DNA of 63,108 nucleotides, the filler included, from Reticulomyxa filosa (Eukaryota; Protista; Foraminifera): the NCBI GenBank assembly GCA_000512085.1. It is 18 parts of 18 records of this genome, joined end to end, with 100 filler letters (N's around TTAATTAATTAA, not from the genome) between each part and the next. Parts side by side here need not be neighbours in the genome. Positions count along the whole stretch, not along the records: positions 46,657 to 56,114 come from ASPP01004263.1; positions 56,215 to 59,275 come from ASPP01001528.1; positions 59,376 to 61,806 come from ASPP01010897.1; positions 61,907 to 63,108 come from ASPP01041196.1; 14 more parts are not named here. One strand, given 5' to 3'. The translations under genes were made by a program, and so were the position numbers. Of this stretch, positions 50,824 through 62,994 are shown in pieces. Within the stretch, counting starts at the first letter, position 1. The number at the start of each line of letters is the position of its first letter. Below the pieces are notes generated by a model, which had not been told where the DNA came from, did no database searches, and worked only from the letters and a program-made list of their open reading frames with translations.

Positions 50824-52727
50824 CTATAGCTCAACCAGATAAGAACGATGATTGGGATTATGCATGATGGAGATCTCAGGAGACGTGACACACCATTCGT
50901 ACCACATGCCCTTTTCATTGGACTTTCTCCAAAAGTGGACCGTCAAGGTATCGCCCTTCTTTAAAGATAAAGGTTTGTTCAATGGGAAGAACATTGGATA
51001 CCAACTAAACATGCCTTCGGAGTGAGTTTCGGGGACAATGCCTTCCAAAAAAAAAAAAAAAAGTAAAAATAATGACACTTAAACAGAATAAAATAAAAAA
51101 AGACGCGAAACTTAGTTGAACATCTTTGTATAGCGAGGAATCGAAAAACCCCATGAATCCGTAAAGATTGCATTCTTTGTCAATAGTCCAAGACACTTCT
51201 TTGTACCTGGCATTGTGAAAGTTATTTCCCAGTGGGAAATGTTGTTTCTTCTGCAAACCCTGTCCTCCAGATTGTGAAGACAAGGTTTGGTAGACACCGT
51301 GCAGATAGTGATTGGGATGTTCAAATGTCCAGAGACGTGCGACGGAAGTGAGCATGTCTTTGTTCATGAACCTCACGACCCACGGTGTTTCAAAGTCTTT
51401 GGGGAACTCTTTCAGTTTCCGCCACAAGCGTCCGCAAGATACCCCACAAATATAGCTAGAATACGAGCTCGGGATCGAAACGCCACTCATGATAGTAGCA
51501 CTTGCAGAGAGAGGGACCGAGGCTTTTTCTTCCTCTTCTTCTTTTTCTTCTTGTTGCTTTTCTTGTATAGTATTGATATTGGTATTGGTATTGATATCAT
51601 TGGCAGTAGTGGTAGTGGTAGTAGCGGCGTTGACATGAACGAGATGCAGCTGAGCAGCATCCAGACACTCTGGCGACAGTTCATTGTCTCCAAATGACCC
51701 AAGCAACTCGCTGATGATAAGATGTGCTTTTTTGGGTCCACCGTTTTGGTCAAAAAGACTTTGGCAATCGCGAATGTCAATGTCAAAGACTTGGACAGAA
51801 AGAATGTTGGAGCGGGAGGTGTTGTTCCAATAATGCTTTTCCTTGTATTTCAAGATGACCACGGCGTGGGGGTTTTTTTCAATGACAAAGATTTTCAAGG
51901 GCTTGTCAGTCTTCATAAAATCGCTGCTACGCAGCGTGCAGTCGACCAAAGGTCCTCTGCCGCCGCCGACGACGAGAACAATGAGATAGGGATCGTCACG
52001 AAACGACGGCGATTGCTCCAAGTCTTGCAAGCACAGCGTAATGGCTTCCTCATACTTGACATACTTGACCGGGTCGCTTTCAAACGTCTCGTACGTGCCG
52101 TTGTCCAAGTTATCTATCAAAGGCTGCAGCGGCGTTTGCAACAGGTCCCAGAACGGCTTTTCGATGGCCTCCTCTTCCGTCAGAGGAGTGGCACGCTTGC
52201 GCAGATCCATTATATACTGCGAGTAATACAAGCCATTATCCAAGTTCCCTGTAATAATCACCGTCACGTCGTCCGTTCGCATCAGTCGTTGCAGCAAGTG
52301 CTGGTGAGGCTGCGACAACACCGGAAACCCTTTCTTGTTCTTGATGAATGTCGTCACGTCCAAAAACACGTGACGCACGCCCTCGCTGAACCAAGTGTTG
52401 ACCATCGACTCAATCTCCGTCTTTGTCTCTTTGTTCCCCACGACGATGCCCGGCTCGATGCTGCTGCACAAGCCAATGTCGCTCGTAAATATCATCTGAC
52501 TCAAGCTCTTCCAACTCTTGTATCCCATCTCGCTGCATTCCACTGGCAATACCGCGTAATACACGTGCTGCTGTCGATTCGAACCTGCGCTCGTCTTGCT
52601 GTTCGATGAGTTCATCCCGCTACTCCCGCCGTTCGGATTCATTCCAAAACATCGCAGCAATGCCGACGCATAGCCAACTGGACATTTCACTCCTTTTGTC
52701 CCTTTTCCTCTATATCCCATTACATAC

Positions 52728-52765
<38 letters not shown>

Positions 52766-53820
52766 GTACATACATATACAATTACGAAACTGGAGTGGTA
52801 TGATTGGAATGGCAGGCAAAATAAGAGTTTGAATACCCAAATGCGCGGACCATTCCATTTGATGCAATAGCATCTTTTCCATCAGCTCTCTTTTGCGCGA
52901 AATTTCGTTGCAATCGATGAATTCCAACATGGTCTCGGCCTCTTCCAACAGTTGCGACATTTCCACAGGCTCTCTTTCTTTGTCCACGTTGCTTTCCTTT
53001 GCCGCTTCGGTCTCTTTTTCCTCGGTTTTTTTCGAGTCAGTCGTGTCTTCTTTTTTTTTTTTTTTTTTTTTCATATTACACGCGTACTCGACATTAACAT
53101 GTATATAAGAAATTTCTTGACTTCCTCTCTCCTTGCATCTCAAAACTATATGCGCTTGAACAAACAAGAAAAAAAAAAAATTACAAAACGAAGGCGAAAC
53201 GGTCGGCTTGATATCCAAAGTGTCATGTATTAAAGTGTTAAAGACATGGTCGAGTCGTCTGTCTTTGTTGCGGTGTGTTTGTCGCTTCGCCCCGTCTTCT
53301 TGCTTAGCGCTGTCGTTGCTTCGGGGCCATACTGGTCGTAGAAGTGGATCCATGAAGACACTTTGCCATATACATGTCGGAACATTTGACCGTTCGTTTC
53401 GTTGTTGTACACAAACGGAATACTGTTTTCATTCAAATATACTTTATCTAACAATGAGTCTTCATCTTGTTGGGGGTCCACCTTTTTTTTTTTTTTTGTA
53501 TTTGGTTTTTTGAGTTATTACACCCCCCTTTTTTTAAAAAAAAAAAGAAAGAAAAAAAAAAACGTACCAATGGAAATGTAACACACTGGAATCCATCTGC
53601 ATAAGCAGCATCTATAGTTTTCTCGATATCATGTACGCTTCGCAGTTCTTGACATAAATAGACTGCGCACTGTAATCATGTTCACACATATACAATCCCT
53701 TATCTAGAAAAGATTAATTCCAAGGAGAGTGAAACAAACAATGAAGTAAATGATAAGTATAAAAGATTTTTCTTTCTATATCTCTTTCTCACATATCCAA
53801 ACCTCTGCTTCTTCTGCCAT
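50824..53820 (-). CDS. PRMT5: Protein arginine N-methyltransferase 5 (Skb1/Hsl7), multi-exon
   Basis: LQTPLQPLIDNL..TYETFESDPVKY, VVGGGRGPLV, IEKNPHA, SELLGSFGDNELSPECLD, SIPSSY, GMFSWYPMFFPL. Confidence 0.95.
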
Positions 53821-54469
53821 CTTTCACAATTTGTTAATGATAATCTAAATCAAAAAAACATTAATACGCAGAGAAAAAGTTTGTTTTTACTGTCCCCCTT
53901 GTTTTGTCGTATCTATAAATAGGCTCTTAAAAATTGACGTTGTATTGTTTACTGTAACTTACTTAGTTGATATCACTAATCTCTTTCAAATAGAAAAAAA
54001 ATTGCAACTAATACCGCAAAGAAAGTGTCAAATAAATACACTAAAAATAAAAAAATAATAATGATCACACTGCAGATTATAGTGCTAGAGTTTCTGAAGG
54101 ATATAGTTAACATTGGCTGCTTTAAAGAAGTAAGCAACATTGTTTCTACATTTTGGTGCATCCCTATAACTTCACTCAAACAATATTAGAGCGTTTGAGA
54201 AACGTATGTGTTCGTTAGTGCAATTGACTAAAATGATGGTTTTTTTTTTATGTTGATGCGATGTATCAATTGAATTGAATACCTTAGCTTAGTAAACGCA
54301 CTTTTTTTTTTCCAATTCAAAGAAGATATGGATTACAAAAAAATTTTGAATTACAATGTATATTAATCAAAATTGTCATTGTCCTGTATCAAAACCAAAA
54401 AAAAGTGAAAGAGAAAAAAAAAACCAAACTAACAGAAAAACACAGCAAAGATCATTACAACAAAAAAAA

Positions 54470-55900
54470 TCAAAGACTAGCAGTTTGAACGGAGTGTTCG
54501 GAAGAAGGTGAGGAATAAATGCCAGGTTTGATAATGCACTCACACCAGCCAAAGAGAAGAACATACAAATGTTTGCCAAAAGCGAACGTGGAACAAATGA
54601 GCATGCCATTGATCAAAACGTCGAAGCGAACGACAAAGTCAGCGCCACTGAATACAGCGGAGATGATCAAAGAGCCCAAGGTGGTGACAATGCTGACAAG
54701 GGCAATGATAGTGGTTTTGCGAATATGCGCCAAGTCGGGATTCTGGTCACCAGAATTGGAAGCATTAGTATTAGTATTAGTATTGATATTGGTATTGGTA
54801 TTGATATTGACATTTGTATTGGTATTAGCATTGGTATTGGTATTGGCATTGATATTGCTACCGCCTCTGACATTGGCCGGAGCCTTGGACCACGGATTCA
54901 TGATGGAACTGGAATAGGCTATCGGACCCTCTTTGAGTCCAACAGAACTCTGTTGCATTGACGTATCTCCAGCACTTGCACTCGGAGGATCCTGTTCCTG
55001 CTTGCTTTCCATCGGACGTGTGGGCTTGGTCAATGTCGCCATGGTGCCAATACTGGTCGCAGCCATCGTTGCCGCAGCGACCGGGCCAGTCGTGGCGGTC
55101 AGAGCGATCGATGTGGTCATCTGAGCACGTAGTGTATTGGTAGTGACTTTGACAATGCGCCACAGATACATGTATGCCAACAGACTATTGTACACGAACA
55201 TAATGACAGCACCGCTGCCTGTCAACAACAGGTGCGGGAAGTCGGCTCGGAAGCAGTTGTAATACTTGCCGTGTCCATAAGGATCAAAGTCCACTGGCTT
55301 GAACTCGAACACACACGAACTCGCGGCGCTCAGCCACAGTGCGCAGCTGCAGCTGAACACACTTATCACTAACAGCGTTACGTAAAATACTTTGATTTTC
55401 CATTGCTCCACTTTCATGACCGAACGATCGAATACAACCACTTTGTTGTTATTATTATTGTTATTGTTATTTTGTTGTACTTTTTTTTTTTTTTTAAAAA
55501 AAAAAAGGGATTTTGTTTCTTGTTTCATACCTAAACGCTGGAACCAAAAAACAATGCTAAAAACATAAAACACAACGGGGGTCAAAAAATCATTCAATTC
55601 TGTTAGTGGGCAAAATCCTGACCACTTTTGAAATAAACCCGTACTTCGACCGATCACAAAAGATATAAACAACTGGAAAATATAGATATACGCTGCTATA
55701 TGATACGCAATCGCGGAATGCACAAACAGTTTGTTCGCTTTTTTTTTTAGTTGCCACAAATGACTTATCGAATAAATAAACAGTATTGTCTGCAATGGCA
55801 GAATTATGCAATCCACAATCAACATTGTACCCACAAATTGTGGGGTATCATTTCCAGTATTTTCTTCCAACAAGCTAGCCGAACAATGGCTAGTCTTCAT
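54470..55900 (-). CDS. Orphan 7TM GPCR-like protein with long Asn/Thr-rich third loop; intron 55441-55530
   Basis: Seven hydrophobic segments, Cys before TM3, FWFQRL after TM3, Cys-containing second extracellular loop. Confidence 0.72.
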   Translation of the reverse strand: MKTSHCSASLLEENTGNDTPQFVGTMLIVDCIILPLQTILFIYSISHLWQLKKKANKLFVHSAIAYHIAAYIYIFQLFISFVIGRSTGLFQKWSGFCPLTELNDFLTPVVFYVFSIVFWFQRLGMKQETKSLFFFKKKKKVQQNNNNNNNNNKVVVFDRSVMKVEQWKIKVFYVTLLVISVFSCSCALWLSAASSCVFEFKPVDFDPYGHGKYYNCFRADFPHLLLTGSGAVIMFVYNSLLAYMYLWRIVKVTTNTLRAQMTTSIALTATTGPVAAATMAATSIGTMATLTKPTRPMESKQEQDPPSASAGDTSMQQSSVGLKEGPIAYSSSIMNPWSKAPANVRGGSNINANTNTNANTNTNVNINTNTNINTNTNTNASNSGDQNPDLAHIRKTTIIALVSIVTTLGSLIISAVFSGADFVVRFDVLINGMLICSTFAFGKHLYVLLFGWCECIIKPGIYSSPSSEHSVQTASL

Positions 55901-56214
55901 TTTCAAAAACTCAGAAAAAGGCCAACAAACTTGTGCAATTAACCTCAAGCCTTTTGACAAGTTTTTGCTAGTTTTTACAAAATATTAATTTGAATACATT
56001 GAAGACATAAAATTTGGATGTGGAAATGACTTTTTCTAAATTTGAAAGCATTGATATTTTGAAAATATCAACAAAAAATTATTTGTTGATATAATTTCAA
56101 GTTATTGATAGGATNNNNNNNNNNNNNNNNNNNNNNNNNNNNNNNNNNNNNNNNNNNNTTAATTAATTAANNNNNNNNNNNNNNNNNNNNNNNNNNNNNN
56201 NNNNNNNNNNNNNN

Positions 56215-59200
56215 ATCCCCCCTATCAAACGTTTTTGGAAATTTTTTTTTTGACAAAAAGTGCTTTTTTTATAAAAATTGGCTCAAAAATGACCCAAAAA
56301 TTACAAAAAATGACCCAATTTTGAAAAACTCAAGAACGTCTCGTTCGAGTCATTTCCCATTTTTAGGAAAAAAGTTGATATGCCATTTGGCCGGTACTGA
56401 TCAAACTGATTCATGTCCTTTTTTTTTTAATTATTATCAAAAATAAAAGTAAAATACAAACAAATCAATTACTAGAACATAATTCCAGTAAAAAGCACAC
56501 AAAATTGAATAAAAAAAATATTTATTGAAGAAAACATTAACAAAAATCTAAAATTCTATTTTTCCAAAAAAAATACGTACAAATACAAATTATTTATTAA
56601 AAACAGTTTACATGTACGTATCACATAAACTCCAAAATCAAAATATTACTTTCAAAGTATTTTTTTAAAAGCCAGAACAATTCACTTGGCGCAGTTGTGA
56701 AAATATCCTTTTTCTTAAAAAATCAAAGTATTATATATCTGTACGTTGACAAGTACATACAAACAAAAAATTATTTTATGTTCAAAAAGACAACTGTTTG
56801 AAGAAAAAAGTAAGTTGATATCAAAGTTCAATGATACGAAGCCAATAAGTGATTCTAAGAGTTTTCGATTGCCAATGTTGTTGTCGTTGGCAATAGTAAT
56901 GATGATAACACCATTACAGCTGAAATGAACGTAAAATGTGTGATGGGTATGTAAATTGACAGTGGGACAGTAACACTTAAAACCATATTCGTAGCAATAT
57001 TTACCAAATAATATATGTTTCGCAATATGATTGTATCCAACAATTGCCCCTATAATTGTGTTTGTTCTTTGTTTTATTTGGATTATTGCAATTGATGCTG
57101 AAGATGTTGATGTTAATTGATATACCAAGTCTTGTATTTAAGATGTTTTGCTTGTATCAGCCGCTTGCTAAGATTTGTCGATTTGCTTGATGCAGTAGTG
57201 ACTGCAATATTAACACGTAACACTCTAGTTTCTTGAGTTTCGTTTGGTCTTTGCCATGTCAAACAAGCAAAGATTTTGTCAAGGCTAAATATCGGCCTCG
57301 TACTAATGAGTAACGCATTTGCAGTGACAAGGTCTCTGTCTGTGGTAAGGACAAGCCTTTTTGTCAATACGTACACTTCCGTTTCCCCGTTTTTAAACTG
57401 ATCCACATTGCAATATTTTCTTATCAAGTAACTTTATTTTGATTATTTAAAGTTAATTTGGTTATTTTATTTTTCGTTGCTAAGAGAAACAAATCAACCA
57501 AAAGTTCCAAACATAAGTCAAACTTTTTTGCTTAGTGCGACAACCACAGGCACGTCATTAAGACTAAAAAAGTGAGTTTATTTTAGAAAGATGTTGTATT
57601 GTGATGACTTTTCCAAGTAGTTTTTCTGTGACAAATGAAATCGTCAGTTATCATTTTCTTTTTTGTTTGTTTGTACACAGGTTTGTTTGAAACGTTAGTA
57701 ACAAGCTGAGTCTTGTGTTGGTGTGAAATGTTCTGTTTGGGATTGAACTTGATGTCGTAGGGGACAACGGATTATGATGTAAACTGGAAAAACAAGAAAA
57801 TTAAAATCGATAATGTGTGACTACGAAATGGCAAATATGTGGAGCAATAATTACATATCATCCCACTCGGACAATCATCATTATAATCACACATACCATT
57901 ATCATTATAATTTCGATTTCAATTTCAATTATAACCACAATTACAATCACAATGTCGTCCATTACTTCATTATATATATTTCTTGTAACACCAACTCTCG
58001 CAACGTCTCCATGTTTACACTCTTTCATCAGTTATTTTTTTTTTTCACCTATCTTTTCAGCTGACAATGTGTTATTGTTGTTTCATGTCTTATGTGCGAT
58101 ACTATAGCATGTGGTCAAGAGAGCACGACGAAAGGCCAACATTGGGACACAAGTCTAAACAGAGACAGAAAAAAGGGACGGCCAACGAGGTGGTGAAGCA
58201 TTCGAACAAAGGCAAATCGAAGGGACGAGGCCGAAGCAGGACTAAGAGTCTGTCGAAGGATCAAACATAGGAACAAACATCGATATCAAACGTGTGAAGC
58301 AAGTAGGACTTCAACTTCATCCACTCGGACCAGAAGCAGAAATGGAAGTCGAAGTCATAATGGCGCCGACATTTCACAAACTTATTCACACAAATGCGAT
58401 GACTGAAGCAAAAGCAAAGAAAATCGATTGATTGGAACCTTCACATGACATTAATGAAGGCAAATATGGAATGTATACACTAGAGATTTGCTATTTGCCA
58501 CTCACGAAAATATCGATCACTTGGCAATGATGCAAAAATTGTTGGATTTAACAGTTGCGAAAAGTCATTTTTTTTTATTTGATGATTACATGTTCAATAC
58601 TTTTTTAAAAAAATTTGTACGCTTATCTTAAAAAAAAATACGTATCAAAGTGATTATTTAAAAACACTTATAGATTATGAAAAAAGCTGGTGCCATCCGT
58701 TGAAAGTATTTTTTTAATTCCAATATTTGCTTGTCTCAATGGATTGCAATAAGCACTTACTGTGTCATGTACATTGTCAATTCCAAATAAATGGTATCAT
58801 TTTCTTTTTTTCTTTTTTTCTTTTTTTTCATTTTTGAAAGTGTTTGTGTGTTTTGATATGAATTTGCTTTACTTTTTAGTTTTGAAGACGCAGTGTAACA
58901 AGACAAGAAGAGAACGTGGAAAAAAAAAATTCTTTTAAAAACGTAGTTGAAATGATTTTTTTAAATTGATTTGAAAGTTGTTTTTTTTTTGTTATTATGT
59001 AATCTCGTTTGCAAGGTAGCTCTAATGAATTTTGTGTGTTATTTTTTGGCTGGCTTTTTACCGTTGAGTTGTTGAACGACAGTAACAAAATTGTTAAGTT
59101 ATGAAAAAAAATTCAAAGTAAAAAAATTAATTGTCATCGTTGAATTATGTACATGCAAATATCACACCAATTTTTTTTATTCTCCAAAAAAGATAAAGAT

Positions 59201-59275
59201 GATATTATTGACAAGCAAGCAGTGTTCTTTTATTTTTTCAAAATTGGGTCATTTTTTGTAATTTTTGGGTCATTT
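56215..59275. mobile_element. Putative TIR-bounded element; perfect 42-bp inverted repeat at 56287-56328 and 59234-59275
   Basis: AAATGACCCAAAAATTACAAAAAATGACCCAATTTTGAAAAA and its exact reverse complement, with weaker inverted similarity continuing inward. Confidence 0.55.
57760..58550 (+). pseudogene. CLK/LAMMER kinase fragment
   Basis: 58488-58547 reads LLFATHENIDHLAMMQKLL (EHLAMMERILG signature). Upstream KIKIDNVCDYEMA may be a decayed DFG region. Confidence 0.7.
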
Positions 59276-59549
59276 NNNNNNNNNNNNNNNNNNNNNNNNN
59301 NNNNNNNNNNNNNNNNNNNTTAATTAATTAANNNNNNNNNNNNNNNNNNNNNNNNNNNNNNNNNNNNNNNNNNNNAAAAAAAAAAGAGACAATGGAAAAA
59401 ATGAAAAAAAAAATTAAAAGAAGAAAAAGAAAAAAGATAGAAAAAGAAAAAAAAGAAGAAAAGATAAAAAAAAAAGAAAAATATAGAAAAAAAAGTAGAA
59501 AAAGATATGAAAAAAAAATGAAGATAAGCAGCAACAATAGCAATAGCAA

Positions 59550-61806
59550 ATATATGATCCCGAGGCTGCAGCGTTTGTGTTTTGAAAAAATAGTTTTTGT
59601 TAGTTTAGTTGGAATTATTATTCGCGCGAGTGAAGACTTTGCGCGTCAAAGACATAGACTACTTCAAATATATCATCAAAGTAGAAATGGTGGGCAGAGT
59701 GGCAGTGACAATAAGAAGCATTAAAAGACTTTGGCCTAAGTTGGTGGCAAAAGATTATATGCTAATGATTATTTGAATGGCAAAGCACAAAAGATAGAAA
59801 CGAAATTATTGTGAAATTGATGCCAACTTTGTGAATGCGCAACAATCGAAGATAGTAGACTAGTCGCTTCTATAGAATATGATATTGTACGTGCGCGTAT
59901 GCGCAATCTTTATTTCGTCATGAGTGTGCTGATGTAAAGAAACGTGAGCTCGCGAAAGACACTTGGAGATAGAAAGCATAGACAGAAAGACTAGTTGTAT
60001 TTTTGATTATCGCTGCAAAAGTCTCGTGACTTTCGCTTATCGAACAAGTGCCATATCTTTGTGATTGTCTCGTGATCGATTATAGACCGACAGGAAACTT
60101 GTTGTCGAAACTCAATACTTTTTTTTCGTTGCATTATTCCATCACTTGAAGAAACGTTGGTCGTTTTGTATTTATTTGCACTGTGTTCAAGTCAATGTGA
60201 GTTTTGAATTTTGAAGTTTGTAGAAACATTTGACGTACTCAAATCGATTGAGCCATGACACTCAAGAAAGAATAACAACAGCGAATACGTCCAATAATGA
60301 AGAAATAAGAATGGTACACTTCCTACTTAGATCACCAATCCAGACACTGAAAATCTTCACATTCAACAAGTCCAAAGCACGCAATCATCACGAGGGCAAC
60401 GATAGCAAATCGATTTTGTGTTGGAAACATCACGATATATAGAACAGTTGAACAGACTCTAAGATCAATCGCGCAAAGTGAAAACGATTAGATATTATGG
60501 CGCCACAACAGCGGAAGCGACTGGATTAACAGAAGAAATTGAAGGTGAGAAAAAACATAGTGCGTGCATTGTAAAAAAAAAATTCACAATGAGCTCGAGC
60601 AAACTACTACATGAAAGAATCGTTTCGTGATTGGCTCAATTTGGTGGATATCCGGAAACACGCAAATCCGACACTAACAGACGTAGACTAACTTCACGTA
60701 TCGCTCCACAATGGAAAATGCCGAGCAAGTGCAGCAATGTTCATTTTGTCAGTACACGGCGTTCTCACCACAACCAAATTTTGAAAGGAGTTCAATTTTT
60801 TCTACTATTCTCCAAGCAATGACTACTCACGTGGAACTGACGCATTGTAATTAATTTCATGTTTTTCATAAATGCGTACACAAACCCGTTGAACAATGCC
60901 AAGTTTCCAGTGCCAATACTTTTCTCTGAACGCTGTTGTTCGACTAACCATTTCTTGGATTGCTCACTTTAGTATTCGATGCGTGTCCTACTTAAACCAA
61001 GAAGCGATAATCGTATGCGTGGGCACATTCGCAACATTGGGATTGAATCTTGAGCTCGCGAGATATTGGCATTGATGATAGGTGAAGATAGAGGGAGCTG
61101 TCTGCATTTTCTAACTATATCGCTGCGAGGGTCATGTTTCTTGTGTTTATCGATCGATGAGACAATTTGGCAAAGATAATTGGTGTTTGTTCGACTATTG
61201 ACTACATGCAACGTGTTGAATAAGAATCAATACTTTGTATTCGCCGCATTATCCTAGTACTTGATGAAAAAAAGAGTTTGTGTTAATAATTTGTGTTTGT
61301 TTGAGTAGGATATGAATAATCAATTTTGAATTGTAAAGCCATAGAGACCGTTGGGGTGCTCAAAAATCACGTTCGACCATCGCACGCAAGAAAGTAATAT
61401 AGAATATCAACAAAGAATGCGTCCAATAATGAAGAAAAGAACCATTGGGACACATGTTGATGATGCGAGCATTTTCAATATCAAGTTTGATTCAAGGTCA
61501 AAGTGTGTCTGTTATCACAAGGGGCGAAGAGATTGGATGAATTTCGTAGTTGGAAGATGTCCATTATATAGTGACGCTAAAACAATGGGATAAGATTATA
61601 ACATATCAATTTCAAACAATCTAGACCTTGGCGAGCTTGCTTTTATGTTCTGGCGGCACCAAGAAGAAAGTAAAAGAAGACTGGTGAAAGCAATATCGAC
61701 ATTATGGTGTAGCGACTGCTGCAGCGACTGAACTAATTATGAAGTGGAAGGCGATGAAAAAAAGAGCATAGAAGTTGTCATAAAATATCCATTGATTGCG
61801 ATCGAG
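59550..61806 (+). pseudogene. Heavily decayed TOR-kinase-like HEAT-region pseudogene
   Basis: Colinear remnants recalled against mTOR: LSKLN..IIPSL, SHHNQILKGVQFF, MRQFGKD..VF..NVL, MKKR..HV, RDWMNF, RLVKAI. Many stops and frameshifts. Confidence 0.45.
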
Positions 61807-61906
61807 NNNNNNNNNNNNNNNNNNNNNNNNNNNNNNNNNNNNNNNNNNNNTTAATTAATTAANNNNNNNNNNNNNNNNNNNNNNNNNNNNNNNNNNNNNN
61901 NNNNNN

Positions 61907-62994
61907 CTAAATCAACTACAAAGTGCTTATTGCAGTTTTTGCATAAAAACCTTTGTTTACCTCTTGTTAAAGCATGCCTGACATATCTTTCTGAATTACA
62001 AAACCTGCAATGCATTATCCTCCATACTAGTGGCTCCCCTAATATAACATGTATCTAAATGTTAGCAATCCCCTGATTTAAAAGTTTGATAAGTCCATCC
62101 TTTAGTTTTAATAATAGTTTCCATGGTTGCTCTAACACCTGAGCCTGGTTAACCTATATTAACTACTTTATTTTGGATATCATCCAATTTATTTATCCCT
62201 GAATTTTTCTTCACAATCATAGTAAAAGCTTCATTATGTAGAGAGAAAATAAATCTTAACTTTTCAAAAGAACCATCTTCTTTAAAAATATCAGTACCAT
62301 CGAAAGCATGCTCTTGCCAATCGGATTGTACTATACCAAAATCCAATTCAGCATTTCTTAAAGCAGTTAAGTTATAAACCGAACCAAGTGTAGATTCTAC
62401 GCCACATTTTATTTTTAGTTGATCTTTCTCACGATTTATCATTCTGCAAATCGCTCCTCCTGCTGGATAATAAACACCAGTAATAGACCCTGTGCCAACG
62501 GTTATGTAATTATCATCAATATATGGTTTTGGTATAACAGTTTTAGAGATTAGATCAAACTGCTTCTTCTTTTCCTGACTGCTGATTTTAGGCTTTTCTG
62601 ATTCTTTAGTAGGTGTAGTAATAAACTTCATGCTATCTAAAGTTGAAGATGATTTTGTGGTGCCTGCAGTATCGCTACTTTTAGTTGAGTTCCCTGCTTT
62701 ATCTTCGCTAGAATTTTGTGCTTTTGTATTTGAGCCTACAGATGGATTATTAGTTGTTACAACGTTAACCACTTTCTTTTGATTGCTAGAAGATTTTGTA
62801 GTCGGATCATTAACTGATGCGCTTATTTTAACTACAGTTTTTTCTTCAGGCAATAAAGCTGCATTACCCGTTAAATCTCTATTAAGTTGCTGCTGAGCAG
62901 AGGCTGCACTTACTATCCCTAAAACGAATAGAACAACCGATAATTTTAAAATACCTTTCATTTCGATTCCCTTATATAAATTTTTTAACCCCAT
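61907..62994 (-). CDS. Bacterial TAXI-family TRAP transporter solute-binding protein, 3' truncated
   Basis: Signal peptide, ITVGTGSITGVYYPAGGAIC, VESTLGSVYNL, GIVQSDWQ, LRFIFSLHNEAFT, VNIG*PGSGVR. The stop is probably an error for GNPGSG. Confidence 0.9.

Noticed and set aside
51722-52609. 295-aa plus-strand ORF
   Set aside because: Antisense shadow of the GC-richer PRMT5 exon.
62149-62151. TAA within TAXI as stop-codon reassignment
   Set aside because: GGTTAACCA versus expected GGTAACCCA is explained by compensating homopolymer errors, and other indels follow nearby.
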